Positions 38,980 to 48,305 of a DNA stretch of 64,000 nt are shown here, one piece after another (position 1 is the first letter of the stretch; each line of letters starts with the position of its first letter). A program made the translations under genes and the position numbers. The DNA is from Bacteroidetes bacterium 2013_40CM_41_45. GTDB lineage: Bacteria; Bacteroidota; Bacteroidia; AKYH767-A; 2013-40CM-41-45. The notes beneath the pieces were generated by a model. That model searched no databases and had not been told where the DNA came from. It was given only the letters and a program-made list of their open reading frames with translations. The stretch spans positions 9,007-73,006 of the forward strand of contig NGFH01000011.1 in assembly GCA_002215675.1 (NCBI GenBank), given 5' to 3'.

Positions 38980-40173
38980 ATGAAAAACAACAGCATCATT
39001 GCCGTAGCAATTTTATTTTCAGCAATCAATCTAAAAGCACAAAGTTATTTCGGAGGCAGCGATATATTTAGAATCGGAAATACTGGTTCTAGAACTATTA
39101 ACAATGCTACCGATGTAATTACAGTCGGTTTAGTAAGTGTCGACTTAACTAAAACATCAGGGCTTTTTAAAGAAGATGCATCAGCGGGTGTTTTAGTGAA
39201 AGCTACAATTAGTGGATACGATAAACCAACAAGGACTAATCAAGCCACTACAATTGAAAGATTATATTTAGTTGACGTCACTAACTATCAAACAGGACAA
39301 ATATCATTACCCATTGAAGGAACTTTATTTGATAATTTTCAACTGACTTATGAAAAAAATGTATACACAAAAGTTGAATTAGAAATAACTCTATTAAAGA
39401 AGAGAAAAAGCACTGACTTTAGTTTCGTTTTAAAAAATGTTGCTAAGCTGACTCAATCTCTACCATTTCCTACTAATCCATTTGACCCCATTGTAAAAAC
39501 CTTTGCTGGAACAATTACTGATATGTTAAACCCTCAAAATGACGCTGAAAATAATATCAGGGAACGCATCCCAACAGGAACAATAAGCCTTAACTTTTTA
39601 CCTAACTCTCAATTTGCAACTACAACTGGAATTTTTGCAGTTATTTTCGGTTCACAACCTCCATTGGAGGCTGGTTATATTGATATAAAAAAACCAACTG
39701 ATTATATATTTTCTTTTCAATCCTCTCCAAAGAGAGCAATATTAATTTCTACTAAAGATGCTCCAATATCTTCGACTGAACTCAAAAACGATAATGTAAT
39801 GTTTTTCATTGAAGCGTATTCATCAAATGTTGACAAAGCACAAATTATAAAAACAAGTTTTAAGAAACCTGAGTTAGCATCTATAATTACTTCGAATGAA
39901 ATTCAAAATGAAATAGCCAGTTTTAATTGGTATCCTAAAACAGGAAACACTTTTAACTCTGCTTTACAAACGGCACTTAAAGAATTTAACAAATCAAATG
40001 GTGAAATGCCATTCATAAAACCCGGGGACATGAACAATGAACTAGTCAATATTGGTTCCACTGAATTACTCATGATAGATTATATTCAAACTATCAAGCA
40101 AAGAAAGGAACTTGGATTAGCAGCGAATAAGTTAAATGATATTGCGACACCAGGTGATTATTTGCTCAAATGA
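38980..40173 (+). CDS. Secreted hypothetical protein
   Basis: Signal peptide ending LKA-Q; 397 aa; no recognised domain. Confidence 0.75.
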   Translation: MKNNSIIAVAILFSAINLKAQSYFGGSDIFRIGNTGSRTINNATDVITVGLVSVDLTKTSGLFKEDASAGVLVKATISGYDKPTRTNQATTIERLYLVDVTNYQTGQISLPIEGTLFDNFQLTYEKNVYTKVELEITLLKKRKSTDFSFVLKNVAKLTQSLPFPTNPFDPIVKTFAGTITDMLNPQNDAENNIRERIPTGTISLNFLPNSQFATTTGIFAVIFGSQPPLEAGYIDIKKPTDYIFSFQSSPKRAILISTKDAPISSTELKNDNVMFFIEAYSSNVDKAQIIKTSFKKPELASIITSNEIQNEIASFNWYPKTGNTFNSALQTALKEFNKSNGEMPFIKPGDMNNELVNIGSTELLMIDYIQTIKQRKELGLAANKLNDIATPGDYLLK

Positions 40174-40238
40174 TAAACCAACATCAATTGAAATGCAATA
40201 TTTGTTTTTACTAATATTATCAAACAAAACAAAAAACA

Positions 40239-40322
40239 CATTGCATACTTGTGCCTTAAACCAAAATGGCTCCGCTTTTCTACCTTCAACATCCCGCAAA
40301 GAATTGAGGAGAAAAGTTTTAT
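40239..40322 (+). repeat. ~85-bp diverged direct repeat, copy 1 (copy 2 at 42484-42568)
   Basis: CATTGCATACTT..TTAAACCAAA..CTCCGCTTTT..ATCCCGCAAAGAATTGA.GAGAAAAGTTTT in both copies. Confidence 0.75.
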
Positions 40323-40375
40323 ATGATGAAACACTAAGGACAAAAAAATATCTCAGCAAACCGCTTGATAACAAA

Positions 40376-40669
40376 ATGCTCATGAATATTTTGGATGATA
40401 AAATATTTAAAAACCCTGCCGGGGAAACGATTGGCTGCAGCCATCCGCTTGGCGGCTGCCACATCGGTGCAGATGCCAATGGAGGAGTGGTAGATGAGTT
40501 CGGTCATGTGTTTGACTCAGGCAAAACAGGACAAGCAAGACCTTTTCACGAAGGGCTTTACATTGCAGACGCATCTGTAATTCCTTCTGCGCTCGGTGTG
40601 AATCCTTCATTATCCATCACTGCTGTTTGCTGGCATTTTGTCGGTAACATCAGAAAGGAATTATATTAA
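40376..40669 (+). pseudogene. C-terminal fragment of a GMC oxidoreductase (cholesterol oxidase-like)
   Basis: SHPLGGC..GVVDEFGHV..GLYIADASVIPSALGVNPSLSITA; FAD-binding N-terminus missing. Confidence 0.8.
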
Positions 40670-40803
40670 CCATTGATAAACTAATTATAACTACCATGTT
40701 CTATGATTTAGGTTTTAAATTAAGAGTGAGAAATCAATTCCTTACGTAAAAAAGATAATTGGAAAATATTATTTCAGGTTTAATGAAAATAAAAAATAAA
40801 ACC

Positions 40804-42345
40804 ATGAAAAAAATTCTAATCCAGCTCTTCGTCATATTATGCGTAGCTGAAGTATCTTTTGCTCAACAAAACAAAATTGATTCTTTGCTAGCTCTCCTCA
40901 AAAAAGATAAAGAAGACACGAGTAAAGTAAGCCACCTTAACTCTCTTGGACGGGCACTTATGTACAGTAACCCCGACACTTCCATTGTGCTTGCTGAGCA
41001 AGCATTGCAAATATTAAGCTCTACATCCTTTCATAGAGAGGAGGGGGCGATTAAAAGCCTCTTTGCCCAAACCTACAGCAACCATGGCATTTACAATCAC
41101 ATCAAAGGCGATTACCTCAAAGCACTTGACTATTATCTGAAAGCATTAAAGATAGATGAAGAATTGAGTAACAAAACCGGCATAGTAAAAGAACTCAATA
41201 ATATCGGAATTGTGTATTGGAATCAAAGTGATTACCCAAAAGCACTTGACTATTACTTAAAAGCATTGAAAATAGATGAAGAACTTGGAGATGAAAATGG
41301 CATTGCATCAGGCCTTGGCAATATCGGAATTGTCTATTCATACCAAGCAGATTATCCCAAAGCACTTGACTATTACCTGAAGGCATTGCAAATGGAAGAA
41401 AAACTTGGAGATGAAAATAAAATTGCAATAGTCCTCAGCAATATCGGAAATGTCTATTCTAACCAAGCCGATTATCCCAAAGCCCTTGACTATTATTTAA
41501 AGATATTGAAAATATCGGAAAAACTTGAAGATAGACAATTAGAACCAAACGCCCTCAGCAACATTGGAATTGTCTACTATAAGAAAGGCAATTACCCCCA
41601 AGCACTTAACTATTTTTTTAAAGCCTTGAAAATAGTAGAAAAACTTGGAGATAAGAATAAAATTGCAGCAGTCTTGGGTAATATCGGTACGCTTTATACC
41701 AAAACCGGAAAATTTAAAGAAGCGAATGTGAAGCTGAAAAAAGCAATTGAGCTTGACGATAGCATTGGAGCAAAAAATGATTTAAGGCAATTAGAAGAAT
41801 CCCTCTCGCAACTTTATGATACCACTGGTAGGTACAAGCTGGCATTGGAACATTACAAAAAGGCAATGGTTTTAAAGGATACGATTTTTAATCAAGAGAA
41901 AACTGAAGAAATCACCCGCAAGGAAATGCAATATCATTTTGACAAAATGCTGGATTCATTAAAATTAGTTCAAGTAAAAAAAGAAGCAGCAGAGCAAGAA
42001 GCTAAACGGATAAAAGAGGAGACAGATAGAAAAACTTATTTAACAATTTTCATTGGGATTTTAGTTACGACAATATTAGTATTTCGTTATAGACGCAGGC
42101 AAAAAAAGTATAGTTTTTTGTTCTTTTCATTTACTCTGCATCAAGCTATTAAGATGTTAGGTCGATTTGCTTTACTCTTGTTGTTTAAACTTATAGAGCT
42201 TGTAGTTCATAAACCAATTGGAGAAGCTACACACGAAAATGCTTTATTTTTATTTATCGCTTTAGTTTTTTTAGTTGGACTTCCATTAGCTATCTTTTAT
42301 CCACGCATAGAAAAGTGGTTAATTATTATGCCTCGTAACCGATAG
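40804..42345 (+). CDS. Exported TPR-repeat protein with a C-terminal multi-TM anchor
   Basis: Signal peptide; 40-aa repeats NIGIVY..DYPKALDYYLKAL; about three hydrophobic helices at the C-terminus. Confidence 0.88.
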   Translation: MKKILIQLFVILCVAEVSFAQQNKIDSLLALLKKDKEDTSKVSHLNSLGRALMYSNPDTSIVLAEQALQILSSTSFHREEGAIKSLFAQTYSNHGIYNHIKGDYLKALDYYLKALKIDEELSNKTGIVKELNNIGIVYWNQSDYPKALDYYLKALKIDEELGDENGIASGLGNIGIVYSYQADYPKALDYYLKALQMEEKLGDENKIAIVLSNIGNVYSNQADYPKALDYYLKILKISEKLEDRQLEPNALSNIGIVYYKKGNYPQALNYFFKALKIVEKLGDKNKIAAVLGNIGTLYTKTGKFKEANVKLKKAIELDDSIGAKNDLRQLEESLSQLYDTTGRYKLALEHYKKAMVLKDTIFNQEKTEEITRKEMQYHFDKMLDSLKLVQVKKEAAEQEAKRIKEETDRKTYLTIFIGILVTTILVFRYRRRQKKYSFLFFSFTLHQAIKMLGRFALLLLFKLIELVVHKPIGEATHENALFLFIALVFLVGLPLAIFYPRIEKWLIIMPRNR

Positions 42346-42684
42346 TTATTGCTATGAACCGATATGCTAACAATCCCGCAAAGCAGCAAACCCCGAAAGT
42401 TTGCATACAAATAATATGACGGTATTGCATAAACGTATTTCACCTTTTTTCCTGATGGCAGGGAACAAAGAAAACTAAAAATACATTGCATACTTTTGTC
42501 TTAAACCAAACCGCCTCCGCTTTTTTGACTTCAGTATCCCGCAAAGAATTGAAGAGAAAAGTTTTTAATAGGATGAAACAAAAATTCGTGAATCAATTTT
42601 ACAAGGGTGAAGTTATGGAACGCAATGACTTACCCACGAAACTTTGCCCAGCAGGGATAGAAGTCCTAATAGAACAGTAACAAT

Positions 42685-43314
42685 TTGTCTATGCGATTCA
42701 AATTAAATCACCGTTATTTACTTAGAAAAGTTGTTACCTCCTTAAAATTTTTATGTGGAGTAGATAACAACGATAAAGTCAATCGCACTAACTTATGGGC
42801 AATGATTTCGACTATTTCAACACTGGTGTTGTTGATAATTGCGTATAATCAATTACGTGAAGTCAACGAAACAACCTCTGCTGAGTTTGCACATAAAATA
42901 AAAAATGATTTATATAGCCAACATAAAATAAGATTAATTACTTTGTTTGATTTTAGAGTTTTAATATTCAAATCTGACTCAATTGAAAATGTATGGTTCG
43001 AACTTGACTCAACTAAATATAAAAATTTACCTAGCTTAGATAAATCAAAAAATATTCCTCTGAAGTATAATATTTTAGAGATAGATGAACTTCTTCAAGA
43101 TTTTGAAGACCTATCGTTTTATGAAAAAAAGAAACAAATAAAAATTGATTATATCTATAATCAATATGCTTATTACATCGAAACAATATGGGAAGACCCG
43201 CAAATTCAAAAATATATTAAATGGCAGAGAAGTCAAGCACATAATGGGTATTGTTACATTACTTTAGAAAATATGTACACTAAGATCAAAGCAATGTCAG
43301 ACAAGGAACCTTAA
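42685..43314 (+). CDS. Hypothetical membrane-anchored protein (DUF4760-like)
   Basis: One TM (ISTLVLLIIAYNQL) then helical domain with LL..FEDL..Y..K.I. Confidence 0.55.
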   Translation: MSMRFKLNHRYLLRKVVTSLKFLCGVDNNDKVNRTNLWAMISTISTLVLLIIAYNQLREVNETTSAEFAHKIKNDLYSQHKIRLITLFDFRVLIFKSDSIENVWFELDSTKYKNLPSLDKSKNIPLKYNILEIDELLQDFEDLSFYEKKKQIKIDYIYNQYAYYIETIWEDPQIQKYIKWQRSQAHNGYCYITLENMYTKIKAMSDKEP

Positions 43315-43388
43315 TAAATTCTCATAGAGAATAATAAGAATAATTTATTCGCAAGCACAAGAGTCGCCATATACTATCTATTTGCAAG

Positions 43389-44396
43389 ATGTTAGAAAAC
43401 CCTCAAACCTTAATTAATATAGGCAATAATTCGATAAATGATTTTTTGGAAAACTCTGAGCGACTTCCAGATGCAATTTATATTCCATTCTTAAATAGAT
43501 ACAACAACCTTAATGAACTTCTTTTATCACTGAATTGGTTTGATAGAGAAATAATAATTTTAGTTTCGGACGAAAACGAAACAACTCAAATCGACACTAC
43601 TAAAAATTATAAAGTCAGTTTTGTTAACTGTTCAAAATTTGAAGTAACAGGAAAAATAAAAAAACTTCGAACTTTTAAGACAGTAAGTTTTCATCACGAC
43701 ATTGATGATTGGGACTTACCTATTAAAAGAAACTTTGCATTGTTACATGCAATTCAAAATGGGTTTGACAGTATACTTTTAATTGATGATGATATTGATG
43801 GCATAACTAAGAGAATTATCAATAAGGGAATGATAGCTTTAGAGTCAAATAATATTTCAGGATGTTTAGTAGAAGGATTTCCTGACACATCTGTAATAGG
43901 TCACATTGAACAGAAATACGGAGAGCCTTATTACCCTTTTCTTAGTGGAAATTTTTTATTTATTAATCCTAATAAAACTGATGGCTTTTTTCCCTTGATA
44001 TATAATGAGGACTGGTTATTTATGATTCCTTCAATAAATCAAAAGAAGATTTCAGCAGTTGATATGATTTTCCAAAAAAGCTACGACCCATTTGATGATA
44101 TTTGCCGAATAAAATTGCAAGAATTTGGAGAAGTGATTGCAGAGGGACTTTTTGAATTGATAAGCCAACAAAAGTTTGAAGATAGATACAGTGAGAAGTT
44201 TTGGAATGAATATTTGAATTACAGAAAATCGTACGTTGAAGAACTTTTACAACAAGCGGACAAAAAATATGTTCCTTTCATTAAAGAATCTTTAACAACT
44301 TCTGAAAAGATAAAAGCAAATAATTGCATTGACTTTATTAAAAATTGGGAAGAAGATATTTTAACTTTCAAAAAAATAAAGAATAATGAAGGATAA
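43389..44396 (+). CDS. Divergent GT-A fold glycosyltransferase-like protein
   Basis: IYIPFLNR, KRNFALLHA, LLIDDDID (DxD), FPDTSV, FPLIYNEDW. Confidence 0.7.
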   Translation: MLENPQTLINIGNNSINDFLENSERLPDAIYIPFLNRYNNLNELLLSLNWFDREIIILVSDENETTQIDTTKNYKVSFVNCSKFEVTGKIKKLRTFKTVSFHHDIDDWDLPIKRNFALLHAIQNGFDSILLIDDDIDGITKRIINKGMIALESNNISGCLVEGFPDTSVIGHIEQKYGEPYYPFLSGNFLFINPNKTDGFFPLIYNEDWLFMIPSINQKKISAVDMIFQKSYDPFDDICRIKLQEFGEVIAEGLFELISQQKFEDRYSEKFWNEYLNYRKSYVEELLQQADKKYVPFIKESLTTSEKIKANNCIDFIKNWEEDILTFKKIKNNEG

Positions 44397-45207
44397 AAAA
44401 GTAAACCTAAAAACCGTTGACGGTTTTTCTATTGCAGGGGTTCACACTGTCTCAGAAAGTAAATCCTTAATTCTTTGGCTTCATGGAATTACTGTAAACA
44501 AGGATGAATACTTGAATCTTTTTAAAGATGGTGCTGAATTCGTTGGTGAAAGCGGAGTAGATTCTTTGAGAATAGATTTCCGGGGGCACGGAAAAAGTAG
44601 TGGCAAGTCAATGGACTTTACAGTGACTGGACAAATGATTGACATTGATTCCGCAATTCAATATTTGAAAACTTTTTACAAGACAGAAAAATTAAACTTG
44701 CATTTAGTTGGTTGCAGTTTTGGCGCCCCTCCTTCAATTTTTACAGCAGTAAAACAGCCCGAAATTGTAAAATCAATTACTCTCATTGCCCCTGTTCTTT
44801 CTTATGAACGAACGTTTCTAAAACCTGAAACTGAATGGGCAGCTTCAATCTTTAACGCAAATACAATTGCCAAACTCTATAAGTCAAACAAGATTTACTT
44901 TGACAAAGATTTCCCTACAAGCATGACATTCTACAAGGAGATGCAATTGATAAAACCTGAAATGTTAATTGGAGAGGTTAAGCAAACCGTGACAATCATT
45001 CATGGTGATTCTGATTCAATAGTTCCTTACAAAGTTTCAAAAGATTTGTCAATGAAATTTCAAAACATAAATCTCATTTCAATTTCTGAAATGGACCACG
45101 GCTTTAATGACATGAATGATGAAATCGGTAATAGTGAGAAGTCATTAAGAAACAGAAAAACGATTTACGATATTATAAAAAAAACAGTGCTGAATGAATC
45201 AAAATGA
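44386..45207 (+). CDS. Alpha/beta hydrolase
   Basis: LWLHG, DFRGHGKS, GCSFG nucleophile elbow, IHGDSDSIVP, MDHGF. Confidence 0.9.
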   Translation: MKDKKVNLKTVDGFSIAGVHTVSESKSLILWLHGITVNKDEYLNLFKDGAEFVGESGVDSLRIDFRGHGKSSGKSMDFTVTGQMIDIDSAIQYLKTFYKTEKLNLHLVGCSFGAPPSIFTAVKQPEIVKSITLIAPVLSYERTFLKPETEWAASIFNANTIAKLYKSNKIYFDKDFPTSMTFYKEMQLIKPEMLIGEVKQTVTIIHGDSDSIVPYKVSKDLSMKFQNINLISISEMDHGFNDMNDEIGNSEKSLRNRKTIYDIIKKTVLNESK

Positions 45208-45832
45208 TATTATAAAAATTGGTGATTGCCAAATTTCAACTTCTGCAACTATTCATTCGGGTTCTGTAATCGGAAAAAAATTCAGAAGATTTTTGGATGG
45301 TGAGTTTGAAGATGAATTAAAAACTATCATTAGCGATAATGTTTTTGTTGGCTATCACTGCATCATAGGAAATGGAAGTGAAGTAGGGAACGATTCAATC
45401 ATTGACGACAAATCCGTTTTAGAATCCAGAGTAAAAGTTGGAGTAAAGAATTTAATTATTTATAGCGCTCAAATTTGTTGTGACGTTATCATTGGGAATA
45501 ATTGTGTCATCGGAGGTTTCATCGGAGAAAGAACTAAAGTTGGGAATGATTGTAGAATATTTGGAAGCATTGTTCACTCACAACATGAGCCATTGAATGA
45601 TTGGGATGGCGATGATTCAATAGAAGAAGCTCCTGTAATTTTTGATAAAGTTTTTATCGGGTTCAAAGCAATTATTTCAGCTCCTGTAAAAATCGGGCCT
45701 AAGGCTTATGTCTGTGCGGGTAGTATTGTTACACATGATGTTCCTGAAGGATACATTGCTCATGGTGCGAATAAACTTACTCATTTTCGCCAATGGAAAG
45801 GAACACTAAAAGATTCCAATATCTTCAAGTAG
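45194..45832 (+). CDS. Hexapeptide-repeat (left-handed beta-helix) acyltransferase
   Basis: IGNGSEVGNDSII-type repeats, VKIGPKAYVCAGSIVTHDVP. Confidence 0.88.
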   Translation: MNQNDIIKIGDCQISTSATIHSGSVIGKKFRRFLDGEFEDELKTIISDNVFVGYHCIIGNGSEVGNDSIIDDKSVLESRVKVGVKNLIIYSAQICCDVIIGNNCVIGGFIGERTKVGNDCRIFGSIVHSQHEPLNDWDGDDSIEEAPVIFDKVFIGFKAIISAPVKIGPKAYVCAGSIVTHDVPEGYIAHGANKLTHFRQWKGTLKDSNIFK

Positions 45833-45833
45833 T

Positions 45834-46724
45834 ATGGAAAATATTATTGGAAGTATTGAAAAGGCAAAATTTATCATATATATTTTTGCCTTTATACTGA
45901 CGATCATTGAAGTAATTCAAATTATTCGAAGAGTTATTCATAAAAGACCAACAAGACATCTCAGAAAAGTTTGGGGAATAAAGGACAAAGAAGATGTTAT
46001 TCTCGTTTGTTCAGAATTAGAGGATCCGGAAGAGCAACAAATTGTAAAAGATAAACTAGAGGATGAACAAGGAGAATTTATTTACAATCGCAAGTATGGA
46101 GATTTGGATGCATACTTTGAAGTGGTTTATACTTTACTGAAACTCTACCCGAATCTAAAGTTGAGAATTTTATCATGTGGAGAAGCAGCAAAAATAAAAT
46201 TGGAGTATGACAAAACCTTAATATTGATTGGCGGTCCTGATTACAATACTACAACACGAGAATTTTTACAATATGCTAAAATTTATTATAGGAGCCCCGA
46301 TTGTGAAGAACAATCTACAGAATATCCCAATCAGATTGTTCTGTTTCATAAACGTACCCAAAAAGAATTGTGTGGTAATATCGCAAGAAAAGATTTTGGA
46401 TATTTTGAACGAATAAGGAATCCACATAATCCTAAAAAACATTTAATATTGATTGGAGGATGTCATACCATTGGGGTTACAGGAGCAATAAAATCCTTTT
46501 CCCTAGTTCCGAATGAGCAGGGTGAAATAAAAAATTATGTTTTAAGTAATTCAAAGAAGGTTGCTAAACTCATTTCAAAAAGGTCAGATTTTGCAGTTAT
46601 AATTCAAGCGGAAAAAACCAATCAAACAATTCACACTCCCGATGTAAAGGAGGAAATGATATTCACAGAGACGAAAAAAAATTGGTATAGCTTTATTACA
46701 TCAAAATTTACAAAGAAAAAATAA
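45834..46724 (+). CDS. N-terminal TM protein with an uncharacterised soluble domain
   Basis: TM FIIYIFAFILTIIEVI; YGDLDA, LILIGGPDYN, RNPHNP, GGCHTIGVTGA motifs. Confidence 0.72.
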   Translation: MENIIGSIEKAKFIIYIFAFILTIIEVIQIIRRVIHKRPTRHLRKVWGIKDKEDVILVCSELEDPEEQQIVKDKLEDEQGEFIYNRKYGDLDAYFEVVYTLLKLYPNLKLRILSCGEAAKIKLEYDKTLILIGGPDYNTTTREFLQYAKIYYRSPDCEEQSTEYPNQIVLFHKRTQKELCGNIARKDFGYFERIRNPHNPKKHLILIGGCHTIGVTGAIKSFSLVPNEQGEIKNYVLSNSKKVAKLISKRSDFAVIIQAEKTNQTIHTPDVKEEMIFTETKKNWYSFITSKFTKKK

Positions 46725-46959
46725 CACCGCTGAGCATAGTTTCGTGTGCAGGACATTGCGTTAGCCAACTATGACGTTATAACCCGTTCGGTAGTATTTG
46801 TAATACTGCGGACTAACAAAATCATCTGTTCAAAAAATCCCAAGGGGACATACTATGTCGCCATGTATGTGAAGAATTATTTTATAAGTCACGTTATTTA
46901 TTCTATCCTAGACTGGAGTAAATGCATTAGGAATTCATATTGGACCTATTCACGCAGAA

Positions 46960-47376
46960 TTGAGAATTCACGATAATAAACCGTATCTCATTGAGATCGG
47001 TGCTAGAGCGATTGGTGGTGTTTGCGGGAGGGCTCATACATGCTGCATAGGAGAAAACTATTACGAAATTGTTTTGAAGAATATTCTGGGTGAAAAAACG
47101 AGCTTTGGAAAGAATTTAGAGGTGATTCCTTCCGGTGTCATGATGCTTCCCGTACCTAAGGAAGGCATTGTAAAAGATATTTCAGGACTTGAAAAAGCTA
47201 AAAAAATTGAAGGTATTGTAGATGTCTTGATTTTAACAAAAAAAGGAGACAAAATCCAGGCTTTCCCTAAACAAAGCTGTTATTTAGGATTCATAATAGC
47301 TATTGGAAAAACAACAGGGGATACAATAAAAGCATTGCAAAATTCTTATGATAATATTCAAATTGATATTGATTAA
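46960..47376 (+). pseudogene. C-terminal fragment of an ATP-grasp (L-amino acid ligase-like) enzyme
   Basis: PYLIEIGARAIGG..GVMMLPVP..G.V..ISG..YLGFIIA; N-terminal domains absent. Confidence 0.7.
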
Positions 47377-47872
47377 ATTTACAATCAGAGAGCGGGCAAT
47401 AGTGATGTTTACATAATAAAAACAGACAGTAATGGTTATCCGCGTTGATATTATGCGTCTTCATGAATTTTATTTTAAGACGCATTAACCGATATCAATT
47501 GATACTATAAATATGTTTTGTTCCATTACCATTACTTTAATTTCCCGTATTGATTTTTTCATTGCTTATTCCTTTTTCGTCTACTCTTTGTCCGGATTTT
47601 CGGCTTCTTCCTTTTATTTTTTCCATAATTTCTGAAAAGCGGCCGAAGCCCTTTATTAGCAGCAGGTTCAAAGGCTTTATCCAGCCTCCATTTTTTGGGA
47701 AGGGTATGTCAGAATTTTAGCAATTTTAATTCCTGAATATATTTAACCTGCGTAAGAAATTGCCTGACTAACAGTGTAAGTAGTAAAAATTAAAACTGGA
47801 TGTTTAATTTGTAACATGAATAGAGTAACGGATAATAAATAGTTATCCATTATTCACATAGCTGTCTTGCTG

Positions 47873-47990
47873 TCAAACTATCTTCCCCTTTATCGCTTTC
47901 GCCACCGCTTCCGATTTGGAATGTACCTGCAGCTTTTTGTAAATATTTTTGATATGCACATTCACCGTATCAATGCTGATGGTGCATTGG
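47873..47990 (-). pseudogene. LuxR/NarL HTH C-terminal relic
   Basis: Minus strand translates to CTISIDTVNVHIKNIYKKLQVHSKSEAVAKAIKGKIV*; not in the ORF track. Confidence 0.75.
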
Positions 47991-48305
47991 AGTTCACATG
48001 TAAAAATCGTTAGGCTGTCCGAAAGGACTTATAAAAGAACAGCTAGAAGAATTGGACAAAACAAAGATGAGAGCAAAAATTTTATTCAATTCAGGAAAAA
48101 ATATTAATCTGGATAAAATTTTTCCAAGATTAACCTAAGAGATAACAGCCACTTTTATTTTCATCACAAATATTTGACCACTCATCAAGAGTTATTTATA
48201 ATTCACGGACAGTATTTGAGCTTTTATCAAAAAGTATCAAAGGAACTTATTAACATACGGCTTGTCACGGCATATTTTATTTAATGTTGTCACCCTTTCG
48301 AGTTT

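Noticed and set aside
38438-38980. 180-aa minus-strand ORF
   Set aside because: Antisense to the metalloprotease relic, with no protein-like features.
41100-41700. Regular ~120-bp repeats as a possible CRISPR array
   Set aside because: They are in-frame TPR coding units; there are no unique spacers and no cas genes.
46720-46800. attC-like site (TAAC...GTTAG) after the GT operon
   Set aside because: Single short occurrence with weak internal symmetry, and no integron integrase in the window.
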